DNA of 64,000 nucleotides from Candidatus Cloacimonadales bacterium (lineage in GTDB: Bacteria > Cloacimonadota > Cloacimonadia > Cloacimonadales > JAFGVF01). The notes beneath the pieces were generated by a model that saw only the letters and a list, made by a program, of their open reading frames with translations, was not told the origin of the DNA and did not search any database. Positions 38,229 through 48,598 of this stretch are shown piece by piece (within the stretch, counting starts at the first letter, position 1; each line of letters starts with the position of its first letter). A program made the position numbers and the translations under genes. The DNA lies in NCBI GenBank assembly GCA_963662585.1, contig OY759729.1:928001-992000 (forward strand). Reading direction: 5' to 3'.

Positions 38229-41090
38229 CTAATTAATAATAACCTTCGGACGAGTAACTCCAGCTCTAATTTGAGTAGTAGGATTAAGTAAACAATTCCG
38301 TCCGATATTCTCTTTCACTACTTTTATGAGATCTGGGTCCAAATTAAATGTTCCAAATCCATTCATCACTATGATAGGATAGGGAATGTCTTCATTACCG
38401 GTTAAAGCAACTCCAATCTCTTTACCCAAAAACTTAATTACATCACTCATTTCTATTCCTGCAATTATTAATCCAGAAATCTTTTGTTTTTCTAAATAAT
38501 TTAAATCGTCTAAAGTAACATTGTTATCAAAAACTACAATCTTACCCTCAATTAAAGAGTTATCATAGATATCTTTTAGATAAATCAAATCACCATAATT
38601 TCCTTTTCCAAAACCAATTACACCTTGATATTCAGTAGCTTCATATTCAACATTTATACTCTCACCCTCATTTACATTCAAAACTTGGCAATTTAACTGA
38701 GCTTGATAATTTACAGGTTTTTTAATGTATTGAATAGTAACTTCACCTCTTTCATAGTCAATATTAGTAACATAACCGGTATTAGGAGCTCTGACAATTC
38801 TATTGATGCTATCTTTAGCTAAATGAACCATATTCACTAGGTTTTGGTCTTCAAAAACAAATTCACCAAGTTGGACTATTAATTTACTCCTCAAGGAATT
38901 TGGTTTCTTGTTAATTAATTTAGCAACTGCTACTTTCATTGGTCTTTCATGATAATCTTGAAGTTCTCTTACAATTATAGTACCTGTTTCATAATTAATC
39001 ATCTTTATAATTCCCCTAATAGGTGAATGAGCAATATCGATTAACTTTTGGTCATATTTTATAACATCCCCTACACCAACTAGCATCTCACTTCTGATAT
39101 CAATCTTACCAAAATTTGAACCTAACAGTTTCGCTAGACTTATAATATAAATCTTAGGAAACAAGTGATTATTGACTCCATAAATAGAATGAGGTTCAAG
39201 AGTATCGCCAGCATTAACAAGAATATCTCCTTGATAGGGAAGTTTAACTTCTTTAGTGAATTTTCCAGTGCTTTTACTGTAATGTTTTGAAACTCCCATA
39301 ATCTTCTTAGATTCTAGATCATCAAAGAGAGAATTAGAATCAAAGTTATATAAATTTAGAGCTTCAATTAATTTGGTATTATCAATCTTTCTATTAGGAT
39401 AAGTAGTAATTATCAAAGCTTTATCAGTTTCAAAGCTAGTTGTCTCTTCCACATCTTTAATCAGGGCATATTTGGTTAATTTAATTGTCACTTTAGTTAA
39501 TTCTTTAATCTCAATATATTTAATCTCATTAATCATCAAATTATATATATCATTTCCTACTTCAACTGTCATTACAAGCCTATCTTCCTTTTTAGTATCA
39601 ATATAAGGATTAATTACTGTGCCAAGATTTTCGAAACACTCACTAATTAATAGAGAATAAGCTTGTTCTTTATTATGTTCACTCAAAGCTCCTAGATGGG
39701 GTGAAATGAAATGCTTGTCACGCCAAATCTGAGTTATACCTTCTACATAAAAACCTTGCATAACAATATAAAGGGCTTGAAGAGCTTTCTTTACATGGGA
39801 AATTACTCCACCAGCTCCGATAACTATATTAATATCAGAATGATGAAATTTTCCTGCCTCAGCAACTTTTTCTTGATACATTTGGTCATAGAAAGGATCT
39901 CTAAATCTTGATTTCACACTCTCTAAAAAGCCAACCTTAGAAGTATTTAGATGCATCTCATAATGCTGTTCTAAAGATAATCTCAAAGCTAAGATAGCTA
40001 CAGCTTGTTCGACTGCTATTTCAGCATCATTATCAGGCACAAAACCTGGATTTAACATCTTGTTTCCTATATAATTTCTCACATATTTTTCATTAAGACT
40101 TGAAGGAAGTAATTCTGATAAAGCTGAAAATCCTGCATTTGCTATTACATTTGAGATACTATAACTCATTCCATAATTTGCACTTACTGTCCTGTACAAT
40201 CTATCATTAATTACTGAAAATATATCAGTGGTAGCTCCACCAATATCAACTGTAAGAATTGAAGAAGAATTTTTAGATTTTAACAGATTCATAACTTTAA
40301 GTACAGATAATGGTGTAGGTAAAATATCTCCATCAGTAATTTGCTTTAATTGAGCATAACCAGGTGCATCTTCCATAACACTATGTAAAAAGAGCTCGTG
40401 AATTTTCTTGCTAACTGGCTCTAAAACTTCCACTTCCATAGTTGGTCTAATATTAGGTAAAAGTGATAAATCATAATGATTAGTAAAAAGAGTTTTCATA
40501 AAATCTTGAGCTTCAATGTTTCCTGCGTAAACCAGAGGAATTTTCTTGTCAGTAATAAACTTAGGAGAAGGCACACCAAGTGAAAGTATCTCTGCTAATC
40601 TAACAACTCCAGTAAAAGCCCCACCATCGGTTCCTCCAGAAAAAAGGATGATATCAGGATGTGAATTATTTATTAATTGAAGTTGTTCATAGGTAGTTCT
40701 TAAATCATTAATCGCCAGAGTATTTAGGAGAACACCACCGGCACCAAAAGCAGCTCTTTCAGCACTCTTAGCAGAATCAAACAGAGTTAATCCCACAACC
40801 AAAATCTGAAGTCCACCACCTGCTGAAGAGGTTGTTAAGTAAGATACATCAGGAAGAAATTTCAGCTTATTTTCTTGTGATTCAGCTGTTAAAAAACTCT
40901 CTTTAGTTATTTTCTCTAACTCCTTTATAGATTGATAAACCCCAATTTTAACATCTTCATAGGGAGTTTCAACAGTAGTAATAGCATTTGATAAACCTTT
41001 CAAAACATATTCCTCATCTTCCCTACAAAGATAAATTGCTTTAGTAGTAGTACTTCCAATATCAGTAATTACTAATCTATTCTTTAGCAT
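38229..41090 (-). CDS. GlmL (glutamate mutase L)-like ASKHA ATPase fused to a ~350-aa C-terminal domain
   Basis: DIGSTTTK, SSAGGGL, GGTDGG, DIGGATTD motifs; C-terminal region ends 'TQIRAGVTRP'. Confidence 0.75.
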   Translation of the reverse strand: MLKNRLVITDIGSTTTKAIYLCREDEEYVLKGLSNAITTVETPYEDVKIGVYQSIKELEKITKESFLTAESQENKLKFLPDVSYLTTSSAGGGLQILVVGLTLFDSAKSAERAAFGAGGVLLNTLAINDLRTTYEQLQLINNSHPDIILFSGGTDGGAFTGVVRLAEILSLGVPSPKFITDKKIPLVYAGNIEAQDFMKTLFTNHYDLSLLPNIRPTMEVEVLEPVSKKIHELFLHSVMEDAPGYAQLKQITDGDILPTPLSVLKVMNLLKSKNSSSILTVDIGGATTDIFSVINDRLYRTVSANYGMSYSISNVIANAGFSALSELLPSSLNEKYVRNYIGNKMLNPGFVPDNDAEIAVEQAVAILALRLSLEQHYEMHLNTSKVGFLESVKSRFRDPFYDQMYQEKVAEAGKFHHSDINIVIGAGGVISHVKKALQALYIVMQGFYVEGITQIWRDKHFISPHLGALSEHNKEQAYSLLISECFENLGTVINPYIDTKKEDRLVMTVEVGNDIYNLMINEIKYIEIKELTKVTIKLTKYALIKDVEETTSFETDKALIITTYPNRKIDNTKLIEALNLYNFDSNSLFDDLESKKIMGVSKHYSKSTGKFTKEVKLPYQGDILVNAGDTLEPHSIYGVNNHLFPKIYIISLAKLLGSNFGKIDIRSEMLVGVGDVIKYDQKLIDIAHSPIRGIIKMINYETGTIIVRELQDYHERPMKVAVAKLINKKPNSLRSKLIVQLGEFVFEDQNLVNMVHLAKDSINRIVRAPNTGYVTNIDYERGEVTIQYIKKPVNYQAQLNCQVLNVNEGESINVEYEATEYQGVIGFGKGNYGDLIYLKDIYDNSLIEGKIVVFDNNVTLDDLNYLEKQKISGLIIAGIEMSDVIKFLGKEIGVALTGNEDIPYPIIVMNGFGTFNLDPDLIKVVKENIGRNCLLNPTTQIRAGVTRPKVIIN

Positions 41091-41213
41091 TAAGCCTCCA
41101 ATTTTAAATTCAACTATTTATATAACATATTAAATTGTAAATTATATTATCGTCAATCTTTTTTTTATTTCCTCCTAAATTGCTTCATTTAAATAAGTTA
41201 AATTAAAAAAATA

Positions 41214-41241
41214 TTGACACCTAATAAGAGAAGACTATAAT
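41214..41241 (+). promoter_or_regulatory. Sigma70-type promoter
   Basis: TTGACA-16 nt-TATAAT, ~30 nt upstream of ATG 41271. Confidence 0.75.
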
Positions 41242-41270
41242 TTGAATTGACTGAAATTAGGAGACTATCA

Positions 41271-44200
41271 ATGAGCAAATTTCTAAATGAACATTTATTA
41301 ACAAATGCCCCTTGTGGATATGCATTACAAAAATTAGTTAAAGATAATGATGGAAATGCTTATGATTCCTTATTTATAGAGACAAATCAGCAATTTCTTG
41401 ATTTAACTGATTGCAAAAAAGATAATATTCAAAACTTAAAGAGCTCTGATTTTTTCCCATCTATATTTGATGACTACGAATATTGGCAGCAAATCTTTGT
41501 TAATATCGCTCTCAATAAAGCCCAAAGTATAACAAATAAAATTATCAGAATTAATAAGAAACCATACGCTATGAATGTTTATTCTCCCCAAATTGAGTAT
41601 TTTGTGATTGTTTTCCAAGAATTACGCCCCAAAGATAATCAAGAAATTGAACTTTCAAACTTCTTTGATATTAATTTAGATCTACTCTGTATCGCTGACA
41701 TAGAGGGAAATTTTCTTAAAGTAAATAAATCATGGGAATCAACACTAGGTTATACTACGGAATATCTTCTTACCCACAAATTCTTTGAGTTTATCCATCC
41801 TGATGACCTAGAAATAACTTATGATGCTATAGAACAATTATCCCAAGATCACGAATTAGTCCAGTTTGTAAATAGGTACCGCACTAAAAATGGAGATTAC
41901 CGATATATAGAATGGCGTTCTAACCCAATTGGGGATCATATTTACTCAGCAGCCCGTGATGTTACGGTGAGAATAGAATTAGAAAAAAAACAACAAACTG
42001 ATCTAGAAAAATACAATAGATTGTTTAATAATAATTTCACTCTTATTGCTCTAAGTTCTTATGAAGATAAGAAGTTTGTTGATTTAAATTCAGCGTTTTT
42101 AAAGATATTCATGATGAAGAAAGAGAACTTTATTGGCCAATATAATGCCTTCTTAGATAGAGAAATAATTTTTAATAATGATAAAGGTTCTGTTGCAGAG
42201 TTGATAGAGAAATATGGTATAATTAGAGATATTGATATCAAAATGAGTTACCATTTAGCTGAACCATTTTACGGTTTATTATCTGGAGAAATTTTTGAAA
42301 CTGGAGGTGAAAAATATTATTTGACCTTCATGATTGATATTAGTGAGCAGAAAAAATCCCAAAAGAAACTACAATATTACAATCAATTACAGAGTATTCT
42401 CAGAGATTTTTCTACTAATTTAATTAATATTGCTTCAGTTGATATTGAAAAATCTATAAATGAGATATTAGGTGATATTGGTAAATTCTTTGAGGGAGAT
42501 AGAGCCTATATTTTTGATTATGATTTAGAAAATAAAGAGTTGACTAATACTTTTGAATGGTGCGGTGATGGTATTACTTCAGAAATTGAGAATATGCAAA
42601 AAATACCTTTTTCAGTAGTGAATACATTGATAGATATTCACCTTAGCAAAGAATCTCTGATGGTTGAAGATGTTGCAAGTCTTAATGATCAAGATTTAAA
42701 GAAAATTCTTGAACTTCAAGGAGTTCTAAGTGTTATAACTACTCCAATTTTTAGAGATGATAAATGCATAGGTTTTATAGGAATAGATTTTGTTAAAAAG
42801 CATAGAACTTTTTCTAAAATGGACAAGGAATTATTAGATTTCTTTGTTCAGATATATGTAAATATTATTTCAAGGATAGAAAGTGAAAAGAATCTTAAAA
42901 AAACGAATGAACTTCTAGTTCATAAGAGTAAGATTGCAGAAGAATATGCCCAAAAAGCCTTCTATGCAAGTAAGGCTAAGTCTCAATTTCTTGCCAACAT
43001 GAGCCATGAAATCAGAACACCCTTGAATGGAGTTATTGGCTTTAGCGAATTATTAATGACAACCAAACTTAATCAAATCCAGAAGGAATATGCCGAAAAT
43101 ACTAAAGCATCTGCTCAATCTCTACTAGATATCGTAAATGATATTTTAGATTTTTCAAAAATAGAAGCTGGTAAATTAGAATTAGATATTCTTAAAACAG
43201 ATATTGTTGAAATGATTGAACAAACTGAGAATATTATCAAATATAACATTGCTAAAAAATCTTTAGAATTTTTAGTAGAAATATCACCCAAGGTCCCTCG
43301 ATTTGTTACTATAGATGCTATTCGTCTTAAACAAGTGATAGTTAATCTCTTATCAAATGCTGTGAAATTTACAAATGAAGGTTATGTAAAATTAAAGGTT
43401 AGTTTTGAGAAGTTATCAAGCTTTGAAGGTATGCTCTACTTTGAAGTTAGTGATACTGGTATTGGTATTTCTGAAAAGCAAAAAGATAAACTATTTCATG
43501 CTTTTTCACAAGCAGATACTTCAACTACTCGAAAATTCGGAGGAACAGGATTAGGATTAATAATTTCTAATAATTTAGTCAAAATGATGGGTGGAAAAAT
43601 AGAATTTAATAGTACAGTAGACCAAGGATCGCAATTTTACTTCTCTTTTAAAGTAGAGTTTGAAGATAGTCCAAAATTTAAATATGATCAAATTTCAGAT
43701 ATTAAATCAGTTCTATGTGTTGATGATAATCTGCAAAATTTACATATTTTGGAAGATATTCTTTCCAACTGGGGCATAGATACCACTTGTGTGGATAATG
43801 GGACTGAAGCTATAAAGCTTTTGCGAAATAGAAACACTTATGATGTAATAATCATTGATTATCTTATGCCAAATATGAATGGTTTAGAGGCTGTTAGAAT
43901 TATTAGAGATGATTTAAAATTGACCCAAGATAAACAACCGATAATCCTTTTGTATAGCTCAGAAGATGACAAAACTATCCATACAATTTCTGATGAGTTA
44001 GACCTTAGTTTCAGAATGTCAAAACCTGTTAAACAAACAGAATTATACAAGTATTTGATAAAAGCTGTAGATAGATTCTATTTTCGTAAAAAGCAACTTG
44101 AAGAGAAGCAACAAGAACAAATGGATATTATAAATTTAACAGTTGCCCCTAAGATTCTTATCGCTGAAGATAATGACCTAAATATGAAGTTAATAACAAT

Positions 44201-44534
44201 TATTATCAATAGACTAATTCCAAATGCTTTGGTATTTCAAGCAGAAAATGGTAGAATTGCCTATAATCTATTTCTTGATAATGATTTCGATTTAATATTT
44301 ATGGATTTAACAATGCCTGAGATGGATGGCTTAACTTCTACTGAACTTATCAGAGAAAAAGATCCTGAACATAAAACCCCAATTATTGCTCTTACTGCTA
44401 ATGTTGTTACTGAAGATAAAGAGAAATGTATTGCAGTAGGGATGGATGATTTTTTAACTAAGCCAATAATAAAAAAAGAACTAATAATGATATTCAAAAA
44501 ATACTTAGAGAAGGAAGCTTATGGACAATCCTAA
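41271..44534 (+). CDS. Hybrid sensor histidine kinase (PAS, GAF, HisKA, HATPase, two receivers)
   Basis: ATG 41271 after AGGAG; FLANMSHEIRTPLN, NLLSNAVKFT, DTGIG, GGTGLGL, two REC domains. Confidence 0.93.
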   Translation: MSKFLNEHLLTNAPCGYALQKLVKDNDGNAYDSLFIETNQQFLDLTDCKKDNIQNLKSSDFFPSIFDDYEYWQQIFVNIALNKAQSITNKIIRINKKPYAMNVYSPQIEYFVIVFQELRPKDNQEIELSNFFDINLDLLCIADIEGNFLKVNKSWESTLGYTTEYLLTHKFFEFIHPDDLEITYDAIEQLSQDHELVQFVNRYRTKNGDYRYIEWRSNPIGDHIYSAARDVTVRIELEKKQQTDLEKYNRLFNNNFTLIALSSYEDKKFVDLNSAFLKIFMMKKENFIGQYNAFLDREIIFNNDKGSVAELIEKYGIIRDIDIKMSYHLAEPFYGLLSGEIFETGGEKYYLTFMIDISEQKKSQKKLQYYNQLQSILRDFSTNLINIASVDIEKSINEILGDIGKFFEGDRAYIFDYDLENKELTNTFEWCGDGITSEIENMQKIPFSVVNTLIDIHLSKESLMVEDVASLNDQDLKKILELQGVLSVITTPIFRDDKCIGFIGIDFVKKHRTFSKMDKELLDFFVQIYVNIISRIESEKNLKKTNELLVHKSKIAEEYAQKAFYASKAKSQFLANMSHEIRTPLNGVIGFSELLMTTKLNQIQKEYAENTKASAQSLLDIVNDILDFSKIEAGKLELDILKTDIVEMIEQTENIIKYNIAKKSLEFLVEISPKVPRFVTIDAIRLKQVIVNLLSNAVKFTNEGYVKLKVSFEKLSSFEGMLYFEVSDTGIGISEKQKDKLFHAFSQADTSTTRKFGGTGLGLIISNNLVKMMGGKIEFNSTVDQGSQFYFSFKVEFEDSPKFKYDQISDIKSVLCVDDNLQNLHILEDILSNWGIDTTCVDNGTEAIKLLRNRNTYDVIIIDYLMPNMNGLEAVRIIRDDLKLTQDKQPIILLYSSEDDKTIHTISDELDLSFRMSKPVKQTELYKYLIKAVDRFYFRKKQLEEKQQEQMDIINLTVAPKILIAEDNDLNMKLITIIINRLIPNALVFQAENGRIAYNLFLDNDFDLIFMDLTMPEMDGLTSTELIREKDPEHKTPIIALTANVVTEDKEKCIAVGMDDFLTKPIIKKELIMIFKKYLEKEAYGQS

Positions 44535-46122
44535 TACAGATATACTTGCTACAGATATTAAGCAATTATCTTTACTTAAAAAAGAATGTAGTTATCTGTT
44601 TGAAAATAACTTAGAGATAATAATGATTCTTGATCCTGAGAATGGTAAGATTATTGATGCCAATAAGAGTGCTATAGAATTCTACAAATATTCTAAAGAA
44701 AAGCTTTTAAGTATGACTATTTTTGAAATTAACATCCTTCCCACAGAAGAGATTGTTAAGAGATTTAATCAGGTTAAGGACAATAAAAGAAGCTCATTTA
44801 TTTTTAATCATAAATTAGCAGATGGAAGTATTAAAATTGTCAGAACCCAAAGTAGTAAAATTGAATTAGGTGGCAGAACCTATATTTTTTCTGTAATACA
44901 TGATGCAACTGATATTATAGAGCTTGAGAATGAGCACTCACTTATTAATAAGCAACTTAAAGATTCTTTGATATTCAGTCAAAACCTTATTAAAAATGCT
45001 TCTGAAGGAATTATTGTTTATGATAGAGATTTACGCTACACTATCTGGAATGACTTTATGGTTAAAGCTACTGGGGTTAAGCCTAGCGAAGTATTAGGAA
45101 AAAAAACTACAGAAATATTTAAAAAAGGTACATACTCTGAAGTTACAGATGGTTTAAAAAAAGCCCTTAAGGGAGAAGTTGTAACTCTAAACTCTATTGA
45201 ATTCATTAATCCGATCACAAAAGAAAGTGGTTTTACCCGTGAAGTTTATTCACCAAACTACGATAGTGAAGGTAATATTATTGGGGTTGTTTGCATTGTA
45301 AGCGACATTACCAATATAATTATATATCAAAGATCACTAGCAAATAAGAACAAAGAACTAAAAGAACTTAACTCTGTTTTATCTGAGAAACTCATAGAAT
45401 TAGAAGCAGCTAAAGAAAAAGCAGAAGAGAGCGATAGATTAAAATCTTCTTTCCTAGCCCATGTAAGTCACGAAATTAGGACACCATTAAACTCTATAGT
45501 CGGTTTTTCAACTCTACTAAAAGATGTTAGAGACACTAATTTAGTTACTAAGTACTCTAACATCATCCAAACAAACAATCTCTTCCTGCTCAATATTATT
45601 AGCGATATTCTTACTTACTCCTTAATTGAGACTAATAATATCTCTTTTAATCCTAAGAGTTTTGACATTATCACTTTTCTCAACAATATTTTCAAAAATT
45701 TCACCCAAATCACCAAAGATGATATAAATTTTGAGCTTAATACTAAAGAAATAAATACTCTAAGTGTCTATAATGATGATAATCACCTAAATCAAATTAT
45801 CTCTAATTTACTTACAAATGCTTTTAAATTCACTAACTCTGGAACTATTGAATTTGGTATTGAATCCCTTGATTCAGATAAAGTTATTCTATATGTCAAA
45901 GATACTGGTATTGGAATTGCTGAAGATAACAAACAAATCATCTTTTCTCGTTTCTACAAACTTGATAGTCATAAAGCAGGTTCAGGATTAGGACTGTCAA
46001 TTTGCAAAGCTTTAAGTGAAAGAATAAATGCGAAATTATACCTGAAATCTAAAATAAATAAAGGTTCAGTATTTTATATTGAATTACCCCTAAGATATAT
46101 CGAACAAGGAGATATAAAATGA
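44521..46122 (+). CDS. PAS sensor histidine kinase
   Basis: Two PAS, SHEIRTPLN, NAFKFT, GSGLGL. Confidence 0.92.
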   Translation: MDNPNTDILATDIKQLSLLKKECSYLFENNLEIIMILDPENGKIIDANKSAIEFYKYSKEKLLSMTIFEINILPTEEIVKRFNQVKDNKRSSFIFNHKLADGSIKIVRTQSSKIELGGRTYIFSVIHDATDIIELENEHSLINKQLKDSLIFSQNLIKNASEGIIVYDRDLRYTIWNDFMVKATGVKPSEVLGKKTTEIFKKGTYSEVTDGLKKALKGEVVTLNSIEFINPITKESGFTREVYSPNYDSEGNIIGVVCIVSDITNIIIYQRSLANKNKELKELNSVLSEKLIELEAAKEKAEESDRLKSSFLAHVSHEIRTPLNSIVGFSTLLKDVRDTNLVTKYSNIIQTNNLFLLNIISDILTYSLIETNNISFNPKSFDIITFLNNIFKNFTQITKDDINFELNTKEINTLSVYNDDNHLNQIISNLLTNAFKFTNSGTIEFGIESLDSDKVILYVKDTGIGIAEDNKQIIFSRFYKLDSHKAGSGLGLSICKALSERINAKLYLKSKINKGSVFYIELPLRYIEQGDIK

Positions 46123-46493
46123 TAAATAAAAAATTAATTTTGGTTGCTGAAGATCAACCTGATAATTTTACTTTGGTTCAAGCTTACATTTCAAAATTCT
46201 ATAACATTATTCATGCCGAAAATGGCGCCGAAGCGATTGAAGAAATTAAACGCAATGCTAGTAAAATTGATGCCATTCTAATGGATATCAAGATGCCTTT
46301 AATTGATGGGATTGAGGCTACAAACGAAATTAGAAAACTAGATTTTAAAAAGCCTATAATCGCCCTTACCGCCTATGCTTACCCTGAAGAAAAGATCATT
46401 GCACTTAATGCAGGTTGTGATTATTATCTAACTAAACCAATATCTCAAGATACTCTTCTTGAGACATTAGAGATGATCTTGGCTACAGAGTAA
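46119..46493 (+). CDS. Single-domain response regulator
   Basis: VAED, LMDIKMP, ALTA, KP; 4-nt overlap with kinase. Confidence 0.92.
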   Translation: MINKKLILVAEDQPDNFTLVQAYISKFYNIIHAENGAEAIEEIKRNASKIDAILMDIKMPLIDGIEATNEIRKLDFKKPIIALTAYAYPEEKIIALNAGCDYYLTKPISQDTLLETLEMILATE

Positions 46494-46629
46494 AATTATT
46501 TATATTCTTTATGAATAGTTGTTAATGATATAATGTATTATTAATTAATTATAATTCATATTGTAAGTGAAAAATACAAAGATTTTTCCTAAGAGCAAAA
46601 GAATTTAACAGAATGATATTATGTTATTT

Positions 46630-46667
46630 AGGTTAGATTAACAGCCTAGTTGCTGTTAATCTAACCT
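46630..46667 (+). terminator. 16-bp-stem hairpin, probable terminator
   Basis: aggttagattaacagc-ctagtt-gctgttaatctaacct. Confidence 0.7.
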
Positions 46668-46890
46668 TTGTAGTTTTTCTACTCTCCAAGTGCTTTCCCC
46701 TTACTACCTCTCACTCATAACGAAAAAGTCTCATATAATGATACAGATAAGTAAGAAAGAGCAATTGTGGAGCAGTGGGCGATTGCTTAAATCCCTTCCG
46801 AGAGGTGGAAACAGGGGTGTTTCCTTCTATGGAATGGAAGCGTCCCTGCTTCCATTAACTGGGGTTACGGACCTTTAGTCCGTGAATCTT

Positions 46891-48089
46891 AAATTCCCCG
46901 CTTTAGTGCTGAAAGCACGCTAAAAGAGGGGTGGCGGCAAAGCAGACGGGTGTTTCTTTTATAGAGTGGAAGCGTCCCTGCTTCCACATTAGATAATAAT
47001 AAGATAACATTAGATTTGTAGATGGAAGTTTAAACTAGTCAGTATATGTCGCCCCTCTAGGGCTATTTTCTGGTGGTTACCTTTAGGAGTGTCTTGCGAA
47101 CACTCCCTATTATATGTTATCCCTCCGGGATTTAAGATTGCTATTACTATTATAATGAAGAAAACGAGAGTCTTAACCTATTAAATTCCCCGCTTTAGTG
47201 CTGAAAGCACGCTAAAAGAGGGGTGGCTGCAAAGCAGACGGGGTGTTTTCTTTTATGGAGTGGAAGCGTCCCTGCTTCCACATTAGACAATAATAAGATA
47301 ACATTAGATTTGTAGATGGAAGTTTAAACTGGTCAGTATATGTCGCCCCTCTAGGGCTATTTTCTGGTGGTTACCTTTAGGAGTGTCTTGCGAACACTCC
47401 CTATTATATGTTATCCCTCCGGGATTTAAGATTGCTATTACTATTATAATGAAGAAAACGAGAGTCTTAACCTATTAAATTCCCCGCTTTAGTGCTGAAA
47501 GCACGCTAAAAGAGGGGTGGCTGCAAAGCAGACGGGTGTTTCTTCTATGGAGTGGAAGCGTCTCTGCTTCCACATTAGACAATAATAAGATAACATTAGA
47601 TTTGTAGATGGAAGTTTAAACTGGTCAGTATATGTCGCCCCTCTAGGGCTATTTTCTGGTGGTTACCTTTAGGAGTGTCTTGCGAACACTCCCTATTATA
47701 TGTTATCCCTCCGGGATTTAAGATTGCTATTACTATTATAATGAAGAAAACAAGAGTCTTAACCTATTCAATTCCCCGCTTTAGTGCTGAAAGCACGCTA
47801 AAAGAGGGGTGGCTGCAAAGCAGAAGGGGTGTTTTCTTTTATGGAGTGGAAGCGTCTCTGCTTCCACATTAGACAATAATAAGATAACATTAGATTTGTA
47901 GATGGAAGTTTAAACTGGTCAGTATATGTCGCCCCTCTAGGGCTATTTTCTGGTGGTTACCTTTAGGAGTGTCTTGCGAACACTCCCTATTATATGTTAT
48001 CCCTCCGGGATTTAAGATTGCTATTACTATTATAATGAAGAAAACGAGAGTCTTAACCTATTCAATTCCCCGCTTTAGTGCTGAAAGCA
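46891..48089. repeat. Tandem array of four ~293-bp structured units plus partial fifth
   Basis: Unit starts at about 46891, 47183, 47477, 47769, 48063; few differences between units; several hairpins per unit. Confidence 0.95.
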
Positions 48090-48463
48090 AACTAAAAGTT
48101 AATAGACTATTCATCTGCTATTTATCAATTCACAGCGGACAACAAGGGTGTCCTCAATCCGACAGAAGAGGGATTATCACACTTTTCAACTGCTAGTTTT
48201 GGTACAAATAATTGCAAAAAATCGGTCACATTATTTAAGACTTTAGCCTATATGCTTTTCTCGCGATTGAACTTGAGCAAGAGCCTTATTTTATAGCTTT
48301 ATAGGACAATAGTCCTTGGTAAGTCAAAAATATTGAATATCTTTCTTATATTTTGAACAACAACTATTTTCAATTTTTTATTGACACAATAACTGCTTCT
48401 TACAAACTTACACAAATTGTTAAAATTTAATAAAAATAATATTTAATAAATAAGGAGATAGTG

Positions 48464-48598
48464 ATGAAAAGAACATTTCAACCTCATAACAGGAAAAGAA
48501 GAAACAAGCATGGTTTCCGTCTTAGAATGAGTACAGCGAATGGTAGAAGGGTGCTTAGTGCAAGAAGAGCTAAAGGCAGAAAAAGACTTACAGTTTAA
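48464..48598 (+). CDS. rpmH: 50S ribosomal protein L34
   Basis: Read by hand: [53 protein letters not shown]. Below ORF-track cutoff. Confidence 0.97.
   Translation: MKRTFQPHNRKRRNKHGFRLRMSTANGRRVLSARRAKGRKRLTV

Noticed and set aside
46891..48089. CRISPR array
   Set aside because: Whole ~293-bp units repeat; there are no unique spacers and no cas operon.
46690..48196. Small ORFs 46690, 47675 and 47969 as proteins
   Set aside because: They arise from repeat units; equivalent frames are interrupted by stops in other units.
48265..48285. Third MITE end (ttgaacttgagcaagagcc)
   Set aside because: Only a short partial match to the TIR; no partner end or TSD found.
46500..48460. oriC upstream of rpmH
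   Set aside because: No dnaA and no clear TTATCCACA boxes seen; ttatccctc in the repeats is too divergent.
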